A stretch of 64,000 nt of DNA from NCBI GenBank assembly GCA_964016885.1, contig OZ024747.1, positions 33,418,001 through 33,482,000 of the forward strand, in the 5' to 3' direction. This document shows, piece by piece, positions 46,357 to 58,038 of this stretch. The notes under the pieces were generated by a model. That model had not been told where the DNA came from and searched no databases. It saw only the letters and a list, made by a program, of their open reading frames with translations. Numbering within the stretch: the first letter of the stretch is position 1; each line of letters opens with the position of its first letter. This DNA comes from Eledone cirrhosa. Its lineage: Eukaryota. Position numbers and translations under genes: made by a program.

Positions 46357-47424
46357 CATACATGAATGCATACAAACATATATGCACACCCATATATATG
46401 GGGTTTGTACATACATGTGTATACACCCAACAGCCACAAGATTCATATATACATACATACACTTGCCAACAATCTATTTATAACATGACATTTGAAACTA
46501 TCATTAGGAGACTAAAACATTTTTAGCTGTGTTTGACCTCCAAAACCTATCAATTTAATGCAAGACGTAATAGTTAATTTTGCCAAGAATTTGATACAGA
46601 CAATAGATAATCATATATATTTGAACACAGAATACTTATTTGTATGCAACAAATTCTTCTGGTCTTATAATCTTATTGACTTTTTCAAGCTGTCACTGGT
46701 GAAAAGATTTCCGATGCATTGCCACTTGTATTCTTGAATTTATTTAACTAGTAATGTTTTACAATTAGTTACTTTCCTTGCTGTAAACATCTTTTTAAAT
46801 GGGAAATGGCGCTTGTCATATTGAGAGGCCATTTGTCTGACTAACTTAAAATCAGAGTTTTCTGCATCTTTATGCTTTGAAATCTCTGCTCCACTATTCA
46901 TCTTAATGCTTTGAATATAACCTACCAACCTAGTATACAATACACTTCTACTTGATATTTACTTTTGTTATTTACAGTGCTTGCTGTATGAGTCAGTAGT
47001 AGTTTTAATTCATTGCGTTTCCTTGAGCTCTTTGGTAGAACATTCTTGTGAATTTTTGAAGAGTTTTTACATTTATTATTTTCTTGTTTGAGATTTAATT
47101 GATGAATATCAAGTTTTCAGTAGTTTTGTGCAAATGTAAAGTGCTGTGAACTCTACACATGCCATAGGATCAGGGTTGAAAGGTCAAGATATAGCAGTCA
47201 CTGTAATGCCAGTGGCACAAAATACAAGAGCTGTTAAAATGGGTGGATGAACTCATTCCAATCACCATCCATCCATCCTAACAATGGATTAGATAACCGC
47301 ACCAACCCTCAATTCACCCAAACCAAATAGAACTTGGTGAAGCTCAACCAGGGAGGGGTTCCTCCAACAGGAGTAAGAAGACCCTGGATTGGATTATTAA
47401 CATAAAGAGAATTAGAATACGCAT

Positions 47425-48642
47425 ACTGAGGAGAAATTCCAAACATGGAAGTAGGGACTAGAAAGAAAGGGTTAACCTGACTATGGTCATCGTAAGTAGA
47501 TGAGAAAACAGAACCCAGATCCTCTCAGGGAAATGGTCTTGCTCTGTATGTAGGAAAGGTGTATGTAGGAACTCCATCCTCTGCCCCAAATGCAAACAAT
47601 GGGCACACAAGAGATGTAGTGGATCTCAGGTAGTTTAACTAAGAACGTAGGCTTCACATGTAGCAGCTGTGCTGGGACAGCAAGCAGCTAACGACCGCAG
47701 GAAACAAGTACCACCAAACACTGAGAGGGCTCTGTAGAAACAGTAGACAGCTTCTGCTACCTAGGTGACCGAATTAGCAGCAGAGGTGGGTGTTCGGAAA
47801 GTACAATATCCAGGGTAAGAACGGGATGGAAGAAGTTCAGGGAGTCACTGCCACTGCTAGCTGCAAAAGGCTTTTTCCTCAAAATGAAAGGCAGACTGTA
47901 TGATGCGTGTATATGAAGAGTAATGTAACATGGAAGTGAGACCTGGGCGCTGTCTGTAGAAGACTTATGTTGATTAGAAGCTTGCATTGCATGCTCTGAT
48001 GGATGTGTAATAGTAATATACACGAACGTCAAAGCATAAACGAAATGAGAAGGAGACTGAGCATAAGAGGAATCAAACGCTATGTGCAGGAGAGGAGGTT
48101 GTGTTGGTATGGCCATGTGATGCGTATGAAGGATGACAGTTGGATAAAAAGGTGCAGAGTACTAGAAGTCGATGTAAGCCGCGGAGTGGCGAGACCCAAG
48201 AAGACCTGGGATGAGGTGATAAAGGCCGACCTTACCCAATTGCACCTCACAAGGTTGATGACACACGACCGTGACCTCTGGCGACACGCAGTAATACAGA
48301 GTACCCGACCTCCCACAGGGACAAGCCAAAGCTGAAGCATATAGATAATATGCCCCCACACCCTCCCACTGCAAAGTGGCCGTCGAGGTGTGACGGCAAA
48401 AAAGCACCCATCACTCACTGTGAAGTGGACGTGTAGGCGCCACAGAAAAAAAGCACCCAACACTCACTGCAAATGAGGTTGGTGTTAGGAAGGGCATCCA
48501 GCTGTAGAAATCAAGCCAGAATCAGTTCCCGTATGAGCAAAACAAGGTCTGCCGACCAGACACTGCCCACAACAGGACAACTCATCTAACCCATGCTAGC
48601 GTGGAAGAACAGACATAAAACAATGATGCTGATGATGATGAT
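47425..48642 (+). mobile_element. 5'-truncated, degenerate RTE-clade LINE with (GAT)n tail
   Basis: Collinear with 59845-61132. ERRLCWYGHVMRMKDDSWIKRC...RPKKTWDEVIKADL; 3' UTR GGTGTTAGGAAGGGCATCCAGCTGTAGAAA; ends GATGATGATGAT. Confidence 0.9.
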
Positions 48643-48796
48643 ACTGCCCAGACATAAAATTTGAAATTTAAATGATACATTTGTCATCTAATATTATATC
48701 CATTTAGAGATGTCACTTGTATCTTCGACAACCATTCTATCAGTTTTAGGTGGTTCATCTGCTCTATTGCATTTTTATTCTTAGACACAGTCTAGT

Positions 48797-48995
48797 GTAG
48801 CGTCACTCAACCTTATTACCCTTGCAGGACCCTTGAACTAACTTCCGTGTCTCAGGGAACCCCTGCATAAAAATTATTATACACTATTATTAATATCTAA
48901 ATGCATTAGCTTATTCATCTGCGTTTCTCATGAAAACCCCTAGCAACCCCTTGCAGAAGCCTAGGGTTCTACAGAACACTGATTGAGAAATATTG
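48797..48995. mobile_element. Degenerate hAT (Charlie-like) MITE
   Basis: Ends resemble CAGTGTTTCTCAACC / GGTTGAGAAACACTG (seen: TAGCGTCACTCAACC ... GATTGAGAAATATTG). TCTAG on both flanks; internal GAACCCCT motifs. Confidence 0.5.
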
Positions 48996-49363
48996 ATCTA
49001 GTGATATACAGGGCTGGCCAGACGAAGCATACTCTGAATACCTATCTTGTCATTTAAGATGGTGGAAAACACTGAAAGCTGTCTGAATTCGTGTTCATCT
49101 ATTCCAATCATGAAATACAAAATACAGTCACTTATATAGATATTTAGAGCTGATTGGCAAGTTAAATCTGTCTGAAAAACTAAATTAGACATCTTCGTAG
49201 TCTTTAATTGGACACTATGTTCACATCAATCATGGACAACTTTCAAATTTAAGAGAGCAAAATAGAAATCCCCAATTGTCAGTTGAATTCTTATATAAGA
49301 AATATGTTTTTTTCAGAGGAAAAATAAATCAGAATCATTCACTTTAGATACTTATTTATACTA

Positions 49364-49565
49364 TATCAGGGCTGGCTGAAAAGTTTATGGGCTGACTATG
49401 AAGGAATGATGCTAGATCTGTGAAATATTGCATGCATTAATTAAAACTTTTCTTATTAATAACTGTATTGTTTCTTTCCAGGGACTATGTTGAAACATAT
49501 ACCTCATTTGGTCATTCCATGAGAGTATCTTGATCAGCCTATGCACTTTTTAGCTTATCCTTCTA
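49364..49565. mobile_element. Mariner-derived MITE
   Basis: Imperfect TIRs AGGGCTGGCTGAAAAGTTTATGGGCTGA / TCAGCCTATGCACTTTTTAGCTTATCCT with TA flanks. Confidence 0.6.
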
Positions 49566-50194
49566 TATATATTTTGATAGAAAAACCACTGCAGAAAATA
49601 TATCAAGGTTTTTTAAAATTACCTAAATATATTCTAGATTAAGAAGAATATTTCCATTACAGGAAATTATGAGCAAATATGTTTTCTAAATTACTATACC
49701 AAGATCTTAAGTAATAATTATACATTCAGCACAGAATAAATTGTATAATCAAAGGAAAATTTCTGATTTGAGAATCATCAGGAAATATTTAAGCTTATAC
49801 ATTATTAAAAAAGTAAAACAAGAATCCCTATGCATTGCCTGAATATATTACTTCTGTGTTTAGTGTAGTTGATGTTATGCTAGTAGAAATTTTCTGCCAA
49901 AATAATATAACATATGTATTTCCTTTTTAATTTTTTGTTTTTGTTTATGCAAGCAGGGGTGTGTGTTCTTTACAATTATTCTTCAAATATGAATTAAAAG
50001 TTAGGCAAACATAGAGGGGTAACTATTATAAAGATACTACTTTGGTACTATTGAAAGTTAGGCTTCAGTTCTATATACCACAATATTTCTAGATCATCTC
50101 ATCTTGGGCAGAGTTAGTGAGAGCTGACCTAACATTGCTGAGACTCAGAGAGGAGATGACAAAGGAACACGGTGATTGGAGAGATGTTGTGCTG

Positions 50195-50256
50195 AGAAGG
50201 ACCCATCCAACCCATACAAATGTGGAAAAATGAACATAAAATCGATGAAGATGATA
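50195..50256 (+). mobile_element. RTE-type 3' tail fragment
   Basis: CATCCAACCCATACAAATGTGGAAAAATGAACATAAAATCGATGAAGATGAT resembles the RTE ends at 48584-48642 and 61080-61132. Confidence 0.6.
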
Positions 50257-50651
50257 TATATATCTGTGTATGTGTGTGTGCGTGTGAATTATATGAGGGG
50301 TCCAGAAACCTGAACTGCCACAGGTCCACGAACTTCTACCTCTAGTCCTGAGTATAGTTGTTTGCAGTAATCTTTATATATTCTTTCATCATATAACAAA
50401 AATTAGAATTGTAAGGAGAAAACTTATACTAGTATTATATAAGTAACCTCTGTCGATTTCTGACAGTGAGTTTTCCAAGTGTGTCATCAATAGAATGGCC
50501 TCTTCATAAAGTTTGTATATAATTAGCTAAATATTCAAACCCATGTGTTCTTTGATCAACAAATTAGACAAATACTAAATACTGATTAATCAGCCTTTGT
50601 TAAATAGCTAATACTTATTAATCAGTTTCGTATTATCTATAATGTAATAAT

Positions 50652-50842
50652 TGTTTCTACTTTTGGCACAAGGCCATCAATTACCAGTATTACTGGTACT
50701 TTATTTTATCGACCCCGTAAGGATGAAAGGCAAAGTTAACCTCGTCGGGATTTGAACTCAGAATGGCAAGGGCCGTAACTCTATGCATCAAAGCATGGCG
50801 TCCGACCCTCTACCGTTACTGCCAATCCACCGCCCTTCTTAC
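50652..50842 (-). mobile_element. Full-length tRNA-type SINE with 17-bp TSD
   Basis: TSD ATCTATAATGTAATAAT at 50635-50651 and 50843-50859; B-box on the minus strand. Confidence 0.9.
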
Positions 50843-50859
50843 ATCTATAATGTAATAAT

Positions 50860-51070
50860 GGTTTATAATTTAAGTAGAAGGCCAACACTTTTTGGCGAGG
50901 GGAAAGTCAATTAAATTGACCCCAGTGTATTACTGGTACTTTATTTTATCAACCATGTAAGGATGAAAGGCAAAACTAACCTTGGCGGGATTTGAATATA
51001 GAATGTAAAAAGATGTAACTGCAAAGCATGGTGTCCAACGCTCTACCGATTCTTCCAATCTACTGCACTT
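50860..51070 (-). mobile_element. Older diverged SINE copy of the related family
   Basis: TACTGGTACTTTATTTTATCAACCATGTAAGGATGAAAGGCAAAACTAACCTTGGCGGGATTTGAA, with an extra internal segment. Confidence 0.8.
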
Positions 51071-51674
51071 ACCTATGAATAATAATTGGAAACAATAATT
51101 GCTGATTATCAAAACTGATACAAATTTAGTTACAAAATGGCTGATATGACTGCTGCTAATTAATCGGTGCAACCCTACTTTTAACAATTTTGATTGAGAT
51201 TTAACATGATACAGTATGTGACAAGGCTGGTCATATAAATCATAATCTGTTTGATGGCTTTGGCACAGTATGTGACAAGGTGGGGTCATTTGAATTACAA
51301 TCTATTAGCTGGTAGTTACTGTCTATCCAAAACTTTGTTTAACTCAAAGCTAGAGTAAGACAGCTAAGATCCCACAATTGGATGAAACTCAAAAACTCAT
51401 GACAGGGGAGTAATATTTCTATCCTAAATCTATTCCTAATTCATTCCATACATGTGTTAACTTTCTTAACACTGCATTATAGTAAGAACATAGAATATTG
51501 TCAAGGGTGCACCTGTTGCTGCTGATTTTTCATTATGATGATGGTGATGGTGATGATATATGTGAGAAGCTAACAAGGAATAAGTAAAACACCTGTAAAT
51601 ACATTCCTATCTACAAATAGCATACAAACCACAGTAATTTGCGAAAATAGGCAATCTGGAAAGGTCATATATCA

Positions 51675-51723
51675 CACAAACACACACTCACATACACTCA
51701 CACACACACATATATATATATAT

Positions 51724-51771
<48 letters not shown>

Positions 51772-52165
51772 GCATACACATTATATATACGCATACACAT
51801 TATATGTACACACACACATGTATATATATATATATATATATAATATTGTGTGTGTTAGAAAGAGTATCACATTAATATTTCATGTTGGAGTGAGTTACAT
51901 TTGCTGTTGTTTCCTGTCATTTGGTAACTGCAATATAACTGTATGTTAAAGTCATGAAAAAGTAATATAGTTCTTCTACTGTTGGAAAATATTGTTAGTT
52001 TGGTAAGGATTTCATTTCAAATGTGATTTACTATAAATACATTAGCAATATGAAGTGTGTGTCAGAAGTCAGAACAGGTTACAATGCACGGTTTAAGCAT
52101 TCTCATAAACTAGAAAAACTCTTAAAAACTTTTGAAATTTCTACAGAGCATATTTTCATTTCCAT

Positions 52166-52223
<58 letters not shown>

Positions 52224-52276
52224 TGTATGTATGTATGTATGTATGTGTGTGTGTGTGTGTGTATGTGTGTGTGTGT

Positions 52277-52323
<47 letters not shown>

Positions 52324-53366
52324 TGTGTGTGCATACTTATATTGGTGAAGGTGTGTATGAGAGAGAAATAGGGAGAAAAGAGTTAGAAGAGAAAGAGAAA
52401 GAGATAGTTCTCATTATAAAGATACAGTTAGGTCTCATTGACACATTACCATATATACTTCAATATAAGCTGAGGATTATGGTCTCAAAATCAATAGTGA
52501 AATGGAGTGGGGGCGTCGGCTTATATACACCATCTAAACGATGTGTGACCATAACAGATATCAGGCATTTGATAAGCCATGTTTTACACAACTATCAAGT
52601 CATTTGGGTGACCTTAGTAGAGTTATGCTATTGTAAGCAATGAAGCTAGGAATTCAGTTTGAGAGTAACATTCTCCCTTTCTTGAACCTAGCATTGAAGC
52701 CTTGAAAATAATCAAAGAATCTGGGTATATTTTATTGTGGCACCACTTTACAGACTGGGATGAGTGCATTTTATTGTGACCAGCACTATCTCTTTACAGA
52801 GTGGGCTGGGTGCATTATACACACACATATACATGTACATACATATATAAACATGTATGTGTGTGTGTGTGTGTGTGCGTGTGTGTGTGTGTGTGTGTAC
52901 ATGCATGTGCATATGTGAATGTGCATATGCGAATGTGTATGTGTGTCTGTATGTGTTTATATATGTGTATGTCTGCATCTCTGAGTATCTTTATATACAC
53001 ACTGTAAAACCAGCTGTGTTGCTTGCAACACATCACAGGATGAAATGTACAAAGAAACACACATGTACACATCCATATACACTTACATATAAACACACAT
53101 GTATATATAATTAATGTTGAAATAACATTTCTCAGGATAACAAGATACATTTAAAGAGTTTATTAAAAAACCTCAATAAACATATCAAAAACAGTTCTCT
53201 AGTTCAGAGTATTGATATATTAAATATTTCATACTCAAATCTAATTAGCACACTAAAATAGTATTTCTGTTACGCACATTAAAATACTTATAGGCAGACA
53301 TCTGTCTGCCTATAAGTATTTGATTTGTGAAGCCTTTCAACTTTGATAAATATACATACACACACA

Positions 53367-53449
<83 letters not shown>

Positions 53450-53460
53450 CATATATATAC

Positions 53461-53491
<31 letters not shown>

Positions 53492-53532
53492 ATATATATA
53501 CATATATATAATATATATATATATACATATAT
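51675..53532. repeat. Cluster of compound (CA)n/(TA)n/(TG)n/(TATG)n microsatellites
   Basis: Tracts at ~51675-51842, 52170-52331, 52818-52970 and 53355-53532. Confidence 0.95.
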
Positions 53533-53543
53533 AATTCGTAGGA

Positions 53544-53761
53544 AAATGGAGAAACTCGGCATAAGGAATCTTTTAAAATAGTAAAATAGAAACCAGCGGC
53601 TAGTTGTGAGTTGACTCAAGTCAACTCACAACTAGCCGGTGGTTTCTATTTTACTATTTTAAAAGATTCCTTATGCCGAGTTTTTCCATTTAGGATATAA
53701 ATCAGCGGCTTGATGTGAGTTGACTCAAGTCAACTCACATCAAGCCGCTGATTTATATCCT
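53544..53761. repeat. Two abutting hairpin-forming palindromes (73-bp and 34-bp arms) with identical apex
   Basis: 53544-53691 (2 mismatches) and 53692-53761 (perfect). Both are centred on TGTGAGTTGACT-CA-AGTCAACTCACA. Confidence 0.97.
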
Positions 53762-53848
53762 TCAAAGTAATGTTTTACCCAACGCCGCTTCATGAGAAAA
53801 ATGGCGTGAATATTACAATACAACACAATAGGAGGGAACATGATAATA

Positions 53849-53894
53849 CTACCACTGATGATGTTGCAGATGTGCAACGAAAGAACTTTGTTAG
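53849..53894 (+). ncRNA. Probable minimal type I hammerhead motif (degenerate)
   Basis: CTACCA CTGATGA-T GTTGCA-GATG-TGCAAC GAAA GAAC TT^TGTTAG. Perfect 6-bp stem II, one mismatch in stem I. Confidence 0.55.
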
Positions 53895-54132
53895 ACTATA
53901 TATATATATATATTTATATCTGTATTTTTAACCGTTGGTCAGTCAAATATAAACGTTGATTGCCAAATATATTAACTATGGAGATATAAAAGATGCAGAA
54001 GTGAAAACCAACCAAAGAGTGAGTGTGTTCTGTTATTATTTCTGGCAATAATATTACAACAATATGACCCTCCCCAAGTATAACAATATTTGTTTCGACA
54101 CACGATTTCATATCAAAAACCTTGCAAAACAA

Positions 54133-54310
<178 letters not shown>

Positions 54311-54353
54311 TATTGAATTTTCCGTTGAAAATTGAAAAAGTCAGAGGAATGAA

Positions 54354-55520
54354 GATGTCTCAATGGGTTCTTTTGACAGTGCTGCCGTGTGTGATTTGGT
54401 CAGCCTATTCCTCCTCTACACACTTAAAGAGAAATTCCCTAACCATACCATTGGGTTTATCGTGACGATAGTCTAATACTTTCCCATACCACTATAGGCC
54501 ATAACTTAGACAGATTCAGGAAAGACTTAATAAAAACCTTCGATAGTTTTAATCTTAAAATTACCATTGGCACAAACCTTTCTAATGTTAATTTTCTAGA
54601 TATAAACCTAGATCTGCCTACTGCTTCTTATAAACCGTACCATAAACCAAATGAAAATTTAAAATATTTAAATAAAGGCTCTTGCCATCCTTCTATAGTT
54701 TAAACAATCTCATCCCCAACATTAGCCGTAGGATCTCCAACCTCTCTTCCTCAGAAGCTATTTTCAATAAGACATCCCCTACTATAATAAAGCCCTTCAA
54801 AATAGTGAATTTAGTGAACCGATTAAGTACATACACAACAATACTAACTCCTTTAAACATAATAATAGGAAAAGAAAAATAATCTGGTTCACACACCCCT
54901 ACTCTTTAGTAGGCAAAATGTAGGCAAAACATTCCTAGATCTCTTAGATAAACATTTCCCTAGAACACATAGATACTATAAGATCTTCAATAGAAACTGT
55001 GTCAAAATCAGCTACTCCTGCGGTCCCTCTATTAAATCTTATATGCTTAATAAGAAAACACCCAGAGAACATCAACATTGCTCCTGTAGAGTCAAAAGTG
55101 AATGCCCATTACAAGGTAAATGCAACAGCAAAGCCATTGTATATGAGACCAAAGTGACACCCACCAGCAACAACCTACCAGCCACCAGCGAACGATATGT
55201 TGGTATGACACAAGATAAATTCAAAACGCGTTATTACCCACATGTCGCATCTTTCCGACATCCCGAAAAAAGATTTACAACAGCTCTGGCTAGCAGAATA
55301 TGGGATTTGAAGGACCAAGGTATCTAATATGAATTAGATTGGTCAATTTTGAACCAATCTAAAGAATATGCAAGAGAAACAGAAGATGTGCACTCTGCAT
55401 AAGTGAAAAATATTGGATTTTACAGAACCTTAAATCACCAAAAACCTGCCTAAATGCAAAAACAGAAATTTTCACCAGTTGCCCACACATGAAATCACAC
55501 TTGCTTTCCAGCTCATATAA
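54354..55520 (+). pseudogene. Penelope-like RT (YRDD) + Zn-knuckle + GIY-YIG endonuclease, frameshifted
   Basis: [27 protein letters not shown] (~54458), VNFLDINLDL, YKPYHKPN, CSCRVKSECPLQGKC, IVYE...YVGMT..FKTRYYPH, CALCISEK. Confidence 0.9.
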
Positions 55521-56872
55521 ACTTAACCCACTTTCAGACACTTATCCTCCATAAACTCTTGTTCTTCACTTTCCTTAACTTACCTTCTTTAGAGACTTCT
55601 CTTTCAGTATCAATTATCTTTTATTTTTATTTTTATTTTTCCTTCACATCCACTAGTGAAACCCCCCCCCTCCTTCTATTTGATTCACTTACTTTATATC
55701 TTAACAATTTTACATATTTTAGTTCCCCCTTTTCTTTCACTACCTGATATCACATGTCACTTATGTTTTTAACTCCAGATATTTTCCGTTGTCCCTCAGC
55801 CGCTTTTATGTATGTTTACTTGCGTATATTTTGTACCCATTTATTCATACGGCTGGTTTTTTTATATATGTATGTGTGTGTCTGTGTGCATATATGTGTA
55901 TACGTGTTCGTATGTGTATACAAACGCATTCGTATGTCTGCATATATCTGTATACGTGTTCGTATATGTATACGAACACATTCGTAAATGTGTGTGTGTA
56001 TGTCTGCGTTTACCTATACGTGTTTTTTATATGTATGTATATATATATATACTTATATATATATGGTCGCGTGCGTGCGTGTGATTAGATTTGCATGTAT
56101 GTGTATATATGTGTATCGTGTGTATGTATGTGTGTTTATGTATGTATGCGTGTATGTGTATGTATGCGTTGTGCATGTGGTTTTTTTGTCTGTACGTATA
56201 TATATATATTTATATATATATATGTGTGTATCAGCTTGTTCACATATATGCATGTTGTCTACATTTTATAAATTTTTTTTCTAGTATTACATTATATATT
56301 ACAACCCCTCCCACTTACTTTCTCTTTGCCTTAATTTTTTATTCTTATCTTATATATTATTTCATTAATTTATCATATTTTATATTTTTATATTTGAATC
56401 AACTTTCAGTTTGACACTGCTTTGAGTTTATACACCCGCTTCCCTGTATATATCACATACATGTATGTGGTTGTGCGTGTGTGTATGTTTATACGCGTGC
56501 GTCCTTTCATTCTTGTATGTGTATATATTTCAACCCTTAGTCCCTGAGTCTGTATGTACGCTAACTCCATTATCTTACAATTCCTTTTTCAACATATATA
56601 TATATATACGTATTTGTGGTCACACATACACTAATATGTTTGCCCTCATGTATGTACTTACGCACACATTTTTTCACTATACATATGCATTTGTACATAC
56701 ACACACATGTAGATTTGTAAGTGCATATACACACATTTATAGACATCCCCTTACTATATTTCTTTATTTTTATTTTTTATACATCTCTTGTATTATTACT
56801 TTTATTTATTTTTTTGCCCGTTAAACTTTTGCCTTTCTTGGGGAGATTTTTCAAATATTTCATTATGTTTTA

Positions 56873-56950
56873 AATTGCCTTGTCTGATAAACGAATGCGG
56901 ACGTGTCTTGTATTCGTCTTATTCGGGAAACCTCTGGTAATGAGGTAATT
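56873..56950 (+). ncRNA. Degenerate hammerhead at the 3' end of the Penelope element
   Basis: AATTGCCTTGT CTGATAA [ACGAAT...ATTCGT] ... GAAA CCTCTGG TA^ATGAGGTAATT. 11-bp stem I; the core G is mutated. Confidence 0.65.
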
Positions 56951-56977
56951 ATACTGTATTGTTTATTATACATTAAA

Positions 56978-57094
<117 letters not shown>

Positions 57095-57256
57095 TTAGAA
57101 TTGGTGCTCTGAAATAGCGATGTATATATGAATGTATGTATAGTATATTTGGCAATATACCGTATGTTTAATTTAAAACATTTAGAAGACCATACGCTAT
57201 TAGTTTAACAGTAGTGACTAAGTAACTTAGTTCTTTCTGGCGAAAGAAGGGAGAGG

Positions 57257-57298
57257 AGCTGACAGTCTGTTTCACGCTGGTTGGCATTCATCAGAGCC
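57257..57298 (-). ncRNA. Type I hammerhead motif, left arm of fold-back
   Basis: Reverse complement reads GGCT CTGATGA ATGC-CAACCA-GCGT GAAA CAGACTG TC^AGCT. Confidence 0.85.
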
Positions 57299-57468
57299 AC
57301 GCACTCCAATGCTTCTGCCGAAAATTATACAAACTGGAATCTTATAGAATTCCAGTAATAATCAGGAGCTGGACCGGCAATTGCTCTGTATAATCAGCTC
57401 CTGATTATTACTGGAATCCTATAAGAACCCAGTTTCTATAAATTTTCGGCAGAAGCATGGGCGTGCAT

Positions 57469-57510
57469 GGCTCTGATGAATGCCAACCAGCGTGAAACAG
57501 ACTGTCAGCT
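57469..57510 (+). ncRNA. Type I hammerhead motif, right arm of fold-back
   Basis: GGCT CTGATGA ATGC-CAACCA-GCGT GAAA CAGACTG TC^AGCT; canonical GUC cleavage triplet. Confidence 0.85.
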
Positions 57511-57650
57511 TCCCTCCTTTCTTTCACTGAAAAGTAGTAAGTGATGTAGTCACTACTTTAGAAGACCATACGCTAACAGTTGTTAGCGTATGGTTTCCTA
57601 AATGTTTTTAATTAATCATATGGTATATTGCCAAATATACTATACATACA

Positions 57651-57793
<143 letters not shown>

Positions 57794-57930
57794 GAAGTAA
57801 TTCCGTCAGAAAGGTGCAGGAAAAAAGAGTGCTCTATGTAGGTTACAGAGCTTATTAGTTATGTTGTAATATAGACTATGCTTCGATCAATCCCGGTTTT
57901 AAAATCCACATTTAATAAAAACACTATGTT

Positions 57931-57995
57931 TTATTCATTCTGACGACTGAAAGCAGATATATCTGCTTTCAAGAAACCACTGGTAAATGAAATAA
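57931..57995 (+). ncRNA. Type I hammerhead motif in a short orphan module
   Basis: TTATTCATT CTGACGA CTGAAAGCAGAT-AT-ATCTGCTTTCAA GAAA CCACTGG TA^AATGAAATAA. Its 3' tail resembles that of the 56873 motif. Confidence 0.8.
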
Positions 57996-58038
57996 TTATC
58001 TTATGTTGTTTATTACATAACTATATATATATATATAT

